Below, one piece after another: positions 44,334-57,213 of a stretch of 64,000 nucleotides of DNA; the first letter of the stretch is position 1; the number at the start of each line of letters is the position of its first letter. Location of the stretch: positions 106,144,001-106,208,000 of the forward strand of contig OZ024740.1 of NCBI GenBank assembly GCA_964016885.1, read 5' to 3'. Source of the stretch: Eledone cirrhosa (taxonomy: Eukaryota). The position numbers were made by a program, and so were the translations under genes. A model generated the notes under the pieces. It saw nothing but the letters and a program-made list of their open reading frames with translations, ran no database searches and had not been told where the DNA came from.

Positions 44334-44382
44334 GTTTCAGAAGATCCCATTAAGGGTGAAAGCAGCGATTCTTTGCTTAAAC
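44334..44382 (+). ncRNA. Hammerhead motif with U4A core variant; second copy at 47739-47787
   Basis: GTTT-CAGAAGA-T-CCC attaa GGG-T-GAA-AGCA..TGCT-T-AAAC. Confidence 0.65.
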
Positions 44383-44537
44383 TTTACTCTGTTATTTTAA
44401 TAAATATTTGCTCTACGGTTCTTATATATTTGATATATATTTATCCTTATCGAGCCCTCTTTGGATTTTAGTCTTCAAATTTATTATTATTACTATTTGG
44501 CTCCCTCGGTTGAGCACTCTATTGACTTATATTCATC

Positions 44538-46662
44538 ATGCAGAAACAACATCTGAATATTTCTACAAAGAACATACCCGTACAAAGCAGGAAATCATAC
44601 CTAAAACTCCTGATACCGAAAACAGACGCGTTCATTAAAAGGTTGCGTTGGCGTGCCTTTTATTTCGATAATCAGGGAAAAGCGGACAACAAACAGGATA
44701 AATTTGGGTTTAAAACCTACAGTAACCCTACGAGTAACCCAGCATTGCTACCCTTCGAAAATGGTGTCTAGGAACTCATACGGAGTAGCAAATTTCGGAA
44801 TAGGAGCAACTCCTTCCAGCAGGATCTGAAGAATAGAATTCGTTCTATTAAGGATTCTAATGCCGTGCACGTCCACTCCGACAAAACTGGCAATCTATAT
44901 CAAGTGGTGCGCAGTACTTATCATCAACTGCTTCATAATGCTGTAACTAAGGATTACCGTAAAACTAATCGGAGCGTCATTAATGACATCAACGATGATG
45001 GGTTTAAAATCACCTCTGATCTCAACATCCTGGACCGGATTGAACCTCTGGACCCTATTTCTTCCCACTTTACCCTGAAGGATCACAAATCCAATTTCCA
45101 GAACAACCCCTCTATTCGGCTTATTAACTCTACGAGGTCCGATTTAGGTAGACCTAGTAAAAGGATTTTAGATAGAATTATACCTGAAATTAGAAATTTG
45201 GCCCCTCTTGAACTGTGGAACAATTCTTTCGCGCTGATTGATTGGTTCAACGGCATATGCAACAAGGAACATTGCCGTTTTATCCAATTCAACATCAATA
45301 ATTACTACTCCTCCATCACTTTACCACTTCTTCCTAGAGCTATCAATTTCGCTAAAACACTCACAGTGGTTAAGGAAGTTGATGTCATCTCCAATGCCTG
45401 TAAGTCGGTGATTAATTTCGACGACTCTATTTGGATTATAAAATCTAATAGTACCCCATTCGACGAGAGTATGGGCGCCAGCGATTCTGCGGAGGTTACT
45501 GATCTTAGCGGCCTTTTCCTTCTTTTCTCTATCAAGGAAGAATTCCCCCAACGTGGGCGGTGGTTTGTACCGTGATGACGGTCTTTTGACCATGGCAAAG
45601 TGCCGCCCACGTGCTTGCGACAGGCTCAGAAAACAACTCACAGCCTTCTTTAAAGGTTTCAACCTCTCCATACAGGTTGAGGCCAACCTCTCGGTCGTTA
45701 ATTACCTCAACATTACCCTCAATTTGTCGAATGGCTTGCACGACCCGTATGGAAAGCCGAATGATACGCTTAATTACATAAGTAAGCATTCTAACCATCC
45801 TGCCAGCATAACCAAGAACCTGGTAAGAAACGTTTCTTTGAGGCTTTCCCCTCTATCTACAAACGAGCATATTTTTACTGACCATTCCACATATTACAAT
45901 GAAGCCCTTGCTCGGAGTCGATTTGTCGATAAGGTAGCATATACAGAGTATGAGAATAGACCTAGGAAAAATAGATCCCGACGCATTATATGGTATAACC
46001 CACCATATAATATGGAGGTGGCCACATCATTTGCTAAGATGTTTCTCTCCCTTATTATGAAACATTTTCCCCCCAGCACACAAATATAGTTATATTTTTA
46101 ATAGAAATACCATTAAAACTTCTTACTCTACGACTCTTAACCTTGCACATAACATCACAGCTTCAAATTTAGCTAAATTACCTAGCCGTAGGAACACGTG
46201 CAACCCTGTAGCTAGTACTAAATTTAATTGTAGGAATCGGGTTGACTACCACCTATCCGGGAAATGCCTCTCAGTAACATTATCTACAAATGTAAGGTTG
46301 AAACACCCACGTCCCGTAGGGCCTACACAGGATTAACCGCCCATAGATTCAAGCAGCGTCTTTACATGCATACCCATTCTTTTCTTAAACCTTTAAGAAG
46401 GAATATGACGTCACTTTCAGTTTATATCTGGAGTCTAAAAGACAACCACACCCAATATAAGTTACACTGGGAGATCCTAGTTGAAGCTAGATTGTATAAC
46501 GGAAATAAAAGCCCATGTGACCTCTGCGCCGCTGAATCCCTGAAAATACTCTACGCCAAAGACCACATCTTAAACAAAAAATCTGAGGCAATTCCGGCTG
46601 GTAAACATAAATTGCACAAAACTTTCCTGTATTACAGCTCCACATTATACCCTAACGGATAG
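44538..46662 (+). pseudogene. PLE RT plus GIY-YIG polyprotein (stops and frameshifts)
   Basis: STKNIP, KRLRWRA, SDKTGN, TLKDHK, MGASDS, GLYRDD, SNHP, IIWYNPPY, IIY..YTG, CDLCAAE. Confidence 0.9.
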
Positions 46663-47112
46663 TACGAACTATACGCGGATAATTTACGTCTTGATGTGGT
46701 AGCTAAGTATATATTATGTCTATACCTTTACTTATTTGTATAGGTAAGTATATTTTACCTGTATGTTTTGTGAAGGTACGTATACTTTCTCGTACGTATA
46801 TTTGCTTGTATATGTTATAGGCGTATATATTATATTATATATACTGGTACATGTGCATATGGTTATGTGTATACGTGAGTTTTGCGTGTGTGTGAGTATG
46901 AGATTCGTACGTATGTAGGGTATGTGTATATATGTACTTTGTGTTTTGGTTGACGTACGTTTGGCGAATATATGTGTTTCTTTACATGTAGGTATGTGTG
47001 TGCGCGCGTTGTATACGTATTTATGTGCGTATATTTATATACGTTTATATAATTATATGTATACACGCACACACACATATATATATATTTTTTTTATATT
47101 AAAGGTATATAT

Positions 47113-47277
47113 ATTGAGTTAGAAACTCAAAATAGTCTCTTACAATAAGATAGCTCTAAGAAAGAAATTTTTCCGAACCGTATATTATAATTGAATATAA
47201 TCTGGTCCCTTACGATTTGAACACATATATGTATATATCTGTGTTCGTCTTTCTTTTATATTCAATTATAATATATT
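47113..47277 (-). mobile_element. Short fold-back element nested in the PLE 3' UTR
   Basis: Homologous to 6980-7119 and 60503-60958; 20-bp inverted arms tatattataattgaatataa. Confidence 0.6.
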
Positions 47278-47799
47278 TTTTTATATATATTTTTATGTGT
47301 ATTTGGTGTATTCATTCGTATGTGTGCGGGTACAGGCGTTGCGTGGGTTCTGTATGTGCGTGCGTGTTTTTTTGTGTAGGCGGATGTTTTTGCGTATGCA
47401 TGTGTATGTACGTATATGGATGCGTGCATGTATATATTTAATTTTTGTTGATTTCAATTACCTCTATAATTTATTTACATTATTCTTAACTCTGAAGCCG
47501 AGTATCATTCGGTTTCCTAAATAGAATTTTAGTCTACGACTTCAGTTATACCATAAACGTGGTTTTGTCTTTGCGTCTAATTGTTTTCTACGCTGCAAAT
47601 AATGACGTATTATCTTCGTTTTTTTACCGTTCTTTGCCAGGGAAGGTTTCCACGAACCAAAGTATCATCTTCCTGTCTTCCTTCGGTTGCAACGTTTTTC
47701 GAAATATTTACTTCTGCGTTCACAGATTGATTTTTTTTGTTTCAGAAGATCCCATTAAGGGTGAAAGCAGTGATTCTTTGCTTAAACTTTAATCTGTTA

Positions 47800-47948
<149 letters not shown>

Positions 47949-48175
47949 GAGTTTGTGTGTGTGTGTGAGGTCGCTCTTCAGAGCTACTGGTAACATTAAC
48001 TCAGTTATATATATATAAGAAGCAAGGAAAATTTCAAAGATACGAAAGATTTCCTGGCGGAATTTGAGGTGTACTCCGGGTTGGTATCCAGTTTCAACGT
48101 GAAAGTCCAATCAGAAAATCCAACGAATTATGAGAGGTCCACGTAAGCGTTGATATATATATATATGTATGTGAA

Positions 48176-48510
48176 AGGTAAACAGAAATAACAACACAAA
48201 CGGTACAGTATATGGAAGGTATATATTAACGCTTGATCATCCACTTTTCTAAAAAGCAAATCATACACAAAACGCCAGCACGAACAGTTTTGCAAGAGAT
48301 GTCAACATGAATGGACCTATTATTTTTATCTAAAGACATTTTTTCCAATTCCATCCCGCTCGTACCCTTAATCTATTTTATTTCTCATTCTTTCTTTTGA
48401 TGAAGGACTAGCGTCCGAAACGTTAAGACCCTCTTCCTACTATATCAAGCGTTAACCTAATATATACCTTCCATATACTGTACCGATTGTGTTGTTATTT
48501 ATGTTTACCT
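48176..48510 (+). mobile_element. ORF-less fold-back element carrying an HHR
   Basis: Inverted arms at 48176-48238 and 48444-48510; HHR at 48393-48428. Confidence 0.7.
48393..48428 (+). ncRNA. Minimal type I hammerhead (U3 variant)
   Basis: TCTT-TTGATGA-A-GGAC tagc GTCC-GAA-ACGT-T-AAGA. Confidence 0.7.
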
Positions 48511-48517
48511 CTTACAC

Positions 48518-48556
<39 letters not shown>

Positions 48557-48594
48557 CGTTTGTGTGTATAAAGGTAGAACACTGGAAGGTAATA

Positions 48595-48965
<371 letters not shown>

Positions 48966-49096
48966 AATAAAATAATAAGGTTATTCCTTCATTACGTTTA
49001 TTGGTTGGTGACGCGTGTTTCGCCACTGATCAGCGCCAGGCTCGATCTGTATCGATCTGACCCGACTCTGTGATCCTGGATATATATATATATATA

Positions 49097-49888
49097 TTCC
49101 TGAGTCGTTTTTTTTTCGTTGTTCTGGTCCTAGTGGCTCCCCTATCGGTCGCTGTCTTCAATGTGCATAGCTATACGTAATGTTATAACTCTAAGGTAAA
49201 ATTCTTTATTGAGTGCTTTAGCTCCATTTTCCGACAGCATTCGTTAGCTTGCCTGCAATCAGAGCTTCGATTATGCTGTACTACCTTCTTGTATTATTAT
49301 ATCCTAGACTTAATGATTAATTGATTAATTTAATTAGACAATTCTATTGATTGGTTGATCGTTTATGTTTGTTTAATAACATCTAGTTGGGAGCTTTTAT
49401 TCGGGTTGTGTAAAGGATATAAATCCTTTGTTCAAATTTGAATTTGACCGCCAAAACCGGGGGCTACCTCCCTTCGGATAAACCACGTGACTACTGGCGT
49501 TGTGTACTACTAGTTCTTACAGCAGGTGGCGGCAGAACGAAAACTTGTTGACGAAGTAAATTCTACTGTTCTATCTTCCAAAACCAATTAACTTGCAGGC
49601 CCCTGCAAATGGATTTTGTTGATTTCGGATTTACAGAAACCTAGCGGAGATATTATATATCTCCACGATGGTCCAGATATTGTCAAAATTTTCCTGAGTC
49701 GGTTTACTTCGTTGTTCTGGTCCTAGCGGCTCCCCTATCGGTCGCTGTCTTCAATGTGCATACCTGTCTAAATGTAATGTTATAACTCTAAGGTAAAATT
49801 CCTTATTGAGTGCTTTAGCTGCACTTTCAGACTGCATTCGTTAGCTTGCCTGCAACCAGAGCTTCGATTATGCTGTACTACCCTCTTG

Positions 49889-49891
<3 letters not shown>
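49097..49891 (+). mobile_element. Small non-coding element with ~195-bp direct terminal repeats
   Basis: 49097-49294 matches 49691-49891; ~400 bp ORF-less interior; TA flanks. Confidence 0.65.
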
Positions 49892-49939
<48 letters not shown>

Positions 49940-49960
49940 ATGTGTGTGTGTGTGTGTATT

Positions 49961-50082
49961 GGTGAAGGCGTGTGGCTGAGTGGTTAGAGAATTGGATTCA
50001 CAATCTTGAGGTTGTGAGTTCGATTCCTGGACAGGACGATGCGTTATGTCCTTGAGCAAGACACTTTATTTCACGTTGTTCC
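49961..50082 (+). mobile_element. tRNA-derived SINE head (second family), truncated
   Basis: A box tggctgagtgg, B box gagttcgattcc, then gtccttgagcaagacactt. Confidence 0.75.
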
Positions 50083-51251
50083 TTCTATCTGGAGTTGCGA
50101 CTGATAGATAATACTAGCAACTGGAAAGACCAACGGAAACATTGTTTACTCGGTCCGATTTGACGAAAGTCGATCGTTCCTGAATATATATATATATATA
50201 TATAAGAGAGAGATAGAGAGATAGATACATATAGATATAGATAGATACATATAGTTATATATATACAAACATACATTTAGGCACAAAACTGACATTCAGA
50301 CACACATAGAAATAGATAGATAGACCGATAAGTACGTGGGCATATGTATCTATAGCTAGATATGTTGATATTAGGAGAAAAAAAACAGAGGGAGGTGAAG
50401 AAAATAGACAAAGAGATGAGGGAGAAATGTATTGAAAAAGAATTAGTAAAAATATGAATAAAATAATAACATCTGATTGGAAATACAGACAACTTGTATG
50501 AAAATAAAAAAGATATGAAAATCCTAGAATCTGATGTTGAAGACATTTTTAGCATTTTAAAACGATAGACATGAAATTAACTCAACATTCTTCCGAAGAT
50601 TAACAAGCAAATGGAATTCAATATAGTGAATACAGCGGGTGTTTTGTAGGTTATTCGTCGCAGAATTTGTGCATGCTACTTGCACAATAGACAGGAAATG
50701 ATATGAACAATTTCCTAATATGACATTTTTCCATTATTGTCATGGTGTTATTATAAAGAATTGAAGTTTTATTTCATTCAATTACTTCTCAGTTGTGCGG
50801 TTTATACAAATATGGCGAAAAAGTAAAGAACCTTTATCGAAGAACAAATATTTGTTTCATATTTTTGGCGAAGTGGTAAAGAAAGTTCCGCCGAGTAGTT
50901 AAAACGTTCGCTTCGCAATTACGAGAACTAAGTTCGATGTCACTGCATGACTTCTTGAGTATTGGGAATTTTTTAGATAGAATCGGGTCGATTTAAGCAT
51001 TGTAAGTTCAATTAAAAAGACTAAAACTGTGTAGGATCGCTTAGATGTCTAAGACTCTAGTTCAAAGTGCGACACACTATGTCATACACTATCTTATGCT
51101 GATGAAATATTCAGCCCCTTAAACTATAATCTAATAACCGAATAGTTATGTTGACATATATATGTGTGCGTGCCTTTGTATGTGAGCGTGCGTGTGTGCG
51201 TGTGTGTGCATGCGTGCATACATAAACTCATTGCATATATATATATATATA

Positions 51252-51442
51252 GAACAAAGGAATTGTGGTAAGGAACCAGATGGACCATAACGCCCAGAGC
51301 ACTCAATACTTAGGGTAGTAGATTGGGAAATAGGAAAAAGTAAGACCCCAACGGCAGAGCTCAAGCCGTTTCGACGGCTATTTTCTTGTCCAGAAATAGC
51401 CGTCGAAATGGCTTGAGCTCTGCTGTCGGGGTCTTACGTTTT

Positions 51443-51447
<5 letters not shown>
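51252..51447. mobile_element. Fold-back PLE-terminal fragment with half-hammerheads
   Basis: Imperfect palindrome at 51330-51447; same family as 38593-38787. Confidence 0.7.
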
Positions 51448-51495
<48 letters not shown>

Positions 51496-51552
51496 AATTT
51501 ACTGTCGAAACGGCAAGAGTTCAGCCGTCGGGCCTCGAATCCCTACACCCAC

Positions 51553-51592
<40 letters not shown>

Positions 51593-51596
<4 letters not shown>

Positions 51597-51673
51597 CTAG
51601 AAATTGATTAACATATAAATAAACATGAATATAAATATTCATGTTTATTTATATGTTAATCAATTTCTAGTTA
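51593..51673. repeat. ~80-bp near-perfect palindrome
   Basis: ataactagaaattgattaacatataaataaacatgaatat followed by its reverse complement. Confidence 0.85.
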
Positions 51674-51804
51674 TTATAAAATGCTCGGACCTACTCGTTA
51701 GAATCCTAGAGCTTATTTTGCGGGTGATATGGCGCATGTCTTTCTGGCATGACACCCATAATTTTGATTTAGATTAAATTCATTTGATTTATCTTTGTGT
51801 CTAG

Positions 51805-52466
51805 CAAACGAGCAACGATCGTTGCTAGACACTACGGCTTAATACAGGATCGTTGTTTACAAATACACCGAGCATTATAATAAATGTTCGGTGAATCCAT
51901 ACGTACATATATATATGTGTGCATGTATGTATATATATATACATACTACTGTACGTCTGTATACATATATGTATGTACGTGTACATACTTATATTTAAGT
52001 AACAACCGTACTAAGAGTGGGAAATGAAATTTCGTTTCATTTTTTCCGTTTATCGATTTCGGTGCACCCGGCCGATTAACCCACTCGATATGCAAATTGG
52101 GCTACTCAACCGTTAATATGCATAAGGTAAGTATATACGTTCAACAATCTGGCTGGAAGGTATACGTTGCTGACGATAGCTAATAAGCTTGAAACTAGTA
52201 CAGCGTTCCTTTGTCAGTGTTGAACAAACGAGCAACGATGGTTGCTAGACACTAGGGCTTAATACGGGATGTTTGTTTACAAACACACCGAGCATTATAA
52301 TAAATGTTCGGTGACTCCATACATACATATATATATGTGTGCATGTATGTATATATATATACATACTACTGTACGTCTGTATACATATATGTATGTACGT
52401 ATACATACTTATATTTAAGTAACAGCCGTACTAAGAGTGGAAAATTTCGTTTCATTTTTTCCGTTT
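51805..52466 (+). mobile_element. Head-to-tail 1.6-mer of a 420-bp non-coding HHR unit (retrozyme-like)
   Basis: caaacgagcaacgat recurs at 51805 and 52225; HHR at 52165-52205. Confidence 0.82.
52165..52205 (+). ncRNA. Minimal type I hammerhead ribozyme
   Basis: CGTTG-CTGACGA-T-AGCT aata AGCT-T-GAA-ACTAGT-A-CAGCG; intact core, GUA site. Confidence 0.88.
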
Positions 52467-52487
52467 ATATATATATATTCATTCAAT

Positions 52488-53187
52488 CTTTCCAAGTAAA
52501 CGAGTGTGCATCGGCGTTTCTTTGAGGCTTGGACGCCGGATCGGAGAGTCACATAAATGTCGCTGTGGATCCACCGTGGACTCTTTCGGACTCCACCCAC
52601 TTTCCTGTCGCCACAGTGCCGGCCGCCTTCCACGCCATGCTGCCCTCAACGAGGTCATTATGTATGGCTTGGACGCTGCAGGCTTCCCCTTCCAGCTCGA
52701 GCCGGTGGGGCTGGAGCGAGGGGATGGCAAAAGGACAGACGGTATGACCATCTTCCCGTTCCGCGGTGGAAAACCCCTCGTCTGGGATGCCACTTGCAGC
52801 GGCACTTTCTCCAGCGGCAACCTGGTGCAGTCTGTGACTGTCCGAGTTACTGCTGCACGTCAGGCTAACTCTCCAAGTACCGGTCGCTTTCCGACAGGTT
52901 CACGGTCGTGCCTTTGGCAGTGGAGACTACTGGTATCTTTGGCCCTAGGGCTATCTCCCTATTCACCACCATAGGCGCTGAGCTAGCCAGCTGCAGGTGT
53001 GAGCCTCGCGAGTTGGAACGGCTCTTCCAGCGCATCTCCCTTACCATCCACCGAGGAAACGCCTTCTCCATCCTGTCCGCCGGGGCTTTGGGGAGGCTAG
53101 CACGTGGGACCCCATTTTCTCACATACGGATTAATAGGCAAAGTTATAAACTATTGTAAATAAACCTTTTTCATTCTTAAAAAAAAG
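52488..53187 (+). mobile_element. CRE-clade non-LTR retrotransposon 3' fragment (zinc knuckle and restriction-like endonuclease)
   Basis: LRLG..CRCG...GLHPLSC...RHAALN..EP..DGKRTDG...VWDAT, then after a frameshift PLAVETTG..QRISLTIHRGNA; aataaa and an A-rich tail. Confidence 0.85.
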
Positions 53188-53749
53188 ACTAATCGTCATT
53201 GGAGGAGGTCACAGAATGTGGGACGAAAGAACTTATTACATACATTATGTAATGTAATTATTCTCCCGTCGTTCACATTCGAACACAGATTCAAACAAGC
53301 ACGGACACACACACACACTCACACACATACACGCAGTCACACACACACACTCACACATTAACTATCGAATTACCAATCTATACTGTGTGGTGTATAATTA
53401 ATTAATTACTTGCACGGTTATGCAAATTGATATATTGCAATTATGCACATCTTTACATTACAAGCCCGGCTTGAAAATGTGACTTACAGAAATTAGCATT
53501 ATAATAAAATAATATACGGCATATGTAACTTTTTCTGATTTTGAGACAAGGTCAACAATCTGGCGGCGGGGGGAGGGGGCGGGGTCGATTAAATCGACTC
53601 TAAGCTGCAAAGCATGGTGTCCGACCCTCTACCGATACTACCAATCCATCGCATATATAACGAAAATACTTCTTTTTTTTTCGCGTAAAACCTCTTAGCA
53701 TTTCACTCAATATACATGAAAGTTGTTAACCTTAAGAGTATTCATGTAA

Positions 53750-53960
53750 CGGTTTCTGATTTAGGCACAGGGCCAACAATTTGGCGGGGAGGGAAGGGAG
53801 TTTATTACATCGACTTCACTGCCTGACTGGTACTTTATTTTATCGACTTCGTAAGGATAAAGGCAAAGTTAACCTCAGTGGGATTTGAACTCAGAACGTA
53901 AAAGGCTGTAACTCTATACTGCGAAGTATAGTGTTGACGCTCTACCGATAGTGCCAATCA
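53750..53960 (-). mobile_element. tRNA-derived SINE (older subfamily)
   Basis: Reverse complement resembles 2800-3022. Confidence 0.75.
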
Positions 53961-54117
53961 TTAAGAGGATGCATATAATAAAATAAGTTAAATGAAGCGT
54001 AAAACAAATGAATGTCACTGAAAAATATAATCTGATCCTACATAATAACATGATGAAAGGTGTTATTTTTAGCACGTGAAGTATTGAAATAATTGGTGTG
54101 ATGCCGCCATCCACTCA

Positions 54118-55091
54118 TCTATATATATAAAACTGAGGTTGTCTGTCTGTCTATCGATTTTTGGCACACATCTCCTCTTAGAATCTCTCACGGAATTGCA
54201 CCGAAATTGCTATACTTGTACATTGAGCCCTAGCGAAGACATCGGAAAAAAAAAATTTCAAATTGACCCGCCCTATCTGACGAAATCGAATATAATGTAT
54301 CGATTTTTGAGCGTAAGTGATCAGTTATTTCCCTTTGTTCTGTTTACATTGAGCGTCTGCATGCAAAAATTAAAAAAATTACGCTGGCTTTCTCAGCGTT
54401 AGCCTTTTAAAACAATATTTTTACTTGAAAACAAGTCTATTTAAAGACTACGTAAAACAAGCAAATATTTCGTAAAAAAAAGCAAAAATTATATAAGTTT
54501 ATTTAAAATATATGTATCTGTAAATTTCGTTAGGCGTGCAGACAGACAGTCGTGCAGACAGACAGTCGTGCAGAGAGGTGATATACGCGTGCAGACAGAC
54601 AGTCGTGCAGAGAGGTGATATAGGCGTGCAGACAGACAGTCGTGCAGAGAGGTGATATAGGCGTGCAGACAGACAGTCGTGCAGAGAGTTGATATACGCG
54701 TGCAGACAGACAGTCGTGCAGAGAGGTGATATAGGCGTGCAGACAGACAGTCGTGCAGAGAGGTGATATAGGCGTGCAGACAGACATAACTGATAATTTG
54801 GTTACGCTAATGTTTTTCTCTGCGTTGCAGTGTTTACATTTTCGATCTTTGTTAATAAATAACCAGTGCAGTTTTTATCCCCAGCATCCTCTTTTGTTAT
54901 AACATTCGGGTTATCGTTATGTTTTCTTAACTTCATAAGGCATATTGTTGGTTGAGGGAATATTAATCAAAAACACCACATGCAAGTCTGCACAGTAGAC
55001 ACTACAGTTTTTAAGCCAAAAAAGAAACTTAACATTGTAACTTTAACACAGCTACTGAGCGACCCCGAGCAACGCCGGGTTTTACTGCTAG
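54118..55091 (+). mobile_element. Non-autonomous Helitron
   Basis: 5' A|TCtatatatataaa..; 3' hairpin cccgagcaacgccggg followed by CTAG|T. Confidence 0.88.
54531..54786 (+). repeat. 37-bp minisatellite inside the Helitron, about 6-7 copies
   Basis: Unit taggcgtgcagacagacagtcgtgcagagaggtgata. Confidence 0.92.
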
Positions 55092-56475
55092 TAAATAATA
55101 GAAATCTTTAACAGAATATCATTCCTCATACACAAAGGCGAGGAATTATAGCAACTGGCACCAAAAGTGTTCCAATGGAGTATCGAGAATTCTATTAAGG
55201 TTTGTTAGCTTCCATGACAATTTTACAAAATATTTGTGATGTATATATTTCTATTATCGTAGGCACCGGATTAAATCCCTTGGTATTCGTCCCGAACTCA
55301 GAGTTCCAAGTTCAAATCCAACAAGAGTCAACTTTTGCTTTTCATCTTTATCGAGGTTGATAAAATAATTTACTAGTACAGGGAGAGCTGTTTGCCCGTA
55401 ACGATATTCTTGACTTTCCAGCGACAATCATATTTCAACTTCTCTGGAAACAAAGTTATATTCAGAGAGGACAGATCTAAAATGATAATATATTTGTTTT
55501 TAGTGTCCTCTAGTTTACGCTATCATTGTATTTTATATTATTTTATGGTTACCGAGTCTCTCGGAAAATGTTCTACAAGAAATGGTATAAAGGATATTCC
55601 CGTTATATATATTGATATTTACAAGATATTTTTCCTATTAATATTTGAGAGAAACGGAATTCAATTCCCCGTAGCTGCCTCTGAACACATTTTCCCGTCT
55701 ATAGAGGTATTGATAGTAATCGACTGTTTTTATAATAAAATTCTACATTTGGGATTCTCATATTTAATATATATATTAGGATGAGTGCTCTGAGATAGCG
55801 ATGTATACATGAATGTATGTATAGTATATTTGGCGATATACCGTATGTTTAATTTAAAACATTTAGAAGACCATACCCTATCAGTTTTAAAGTAGTGACT
55901 ATGTCACTTTCGGCGAAAGCAGGGGAGTACGTGGCTCTGACGAACGCTAACCAGCGTGAAACAGACTGTCAGCTTCTCTCCCTTCTTTCGCCGAAAAGAA
56001 GTAAGTGACACAAGCATATAGGTAGGTATCACATAAGTGCAAGCCATACACAAGCAAATTATGGTTATTACAGGATAGAGCTGAGTAAAACATCCACCTT
56101 TACGCCACGTCATTATTTGACGACTAAAAACGTCATCAACTGATGTGCATTTCTATACACTTAGCGGCGATAAACAAAGTAACATGTTATCTTGAGCCAG
56201 ACTTATAAATTTACGTGGTATGTAGGCTGTCTTTTATTTTCTATAATCTCTGTATATATGTATGGGTTTGACCCCACCTAGCAGGCATGCTAATGTAACT
56301 GGCGGATTTAATGATTTGGGCACTTTGTGTTATTTTCTTTTCTGTTTTGTATAGATTATTTACCCACGTGGATCGCTGCCGCTTTGTTTTTGGCGAGTTC
56401 GTGACTGGATTGTGTGTGGAGACTTTGGTTGGATTGAATCTGGAACTGAATCTTGAACACATTATAAATATATAA

Positions 56476-56546
<71 letters not shown>

Positions 56547-56599
56547 TACATATATACATTATAAATATATAAATAGATATAAATATATATATATATATA

Positions 56600-56674
<75 letters not shown>

Positions 56675-56701
56675 CATATATAGATCACTTTGGATTTGTT
56701 C

Positions 56702-56760
<59 letters not shown>

Positions 56761-57055
56761 CAGATCACTTTGGATTTGTACGTGTGTTATATAGTTATAG
56801 AGGTATTTATTTATGCTTTAATTTATATTTTTAATTATCGTGTCTATACTCTGCCTTTCATGGGTTATAGATTCCATACACTAGTGGTTTTTCCCTGTTT
56901 TATTGATGGCGTACTATCTCTCTCTAGTGTGTTACCTTTTCAACATATTGTATTTTAAAGAGCTCAGGATTTCCTCTGCTTTGAGCACATTATTTACAGG
57001 GAACGACGAGAGTCTATGGCTCCGTTAATGTATCGTGATATATATATATATATAT

Positions 57056-57206
57056 AGTAATAATAATAAATTTGAAGACTAAAATCCAAAGAGGGCTCGA
57101 TAAGGATAGATATATATCAAATATATAAGAACTGTAGAGCAAATATTTATTAAAATAACAGATTAAAGTTTAAGCAAAGAATCGCTGCTTTCACCCTTAA
57201 CGGGAT
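57056..57206 (-). mobile_element. Solo pLTR fragment of the 44129-47805 PLE family
   Basis: Reverse complement of ~44344-44495; another fragment lies at 11222-11283. Confidence 0.8.
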
Positions 57207-57213
57207 ATATATA

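Noticed and set aside
49000-49070. Hammerhead on minus (GAAACACGCGTC); similar half motif near 43000
   Set aside because: Only the 3' half is recognisable, with no core plus helix I partner
49961-50035. tRNA gene
   Set aside because: A and B boxes are present but the acceptor stem is poor and the sequence continues into a SINE body
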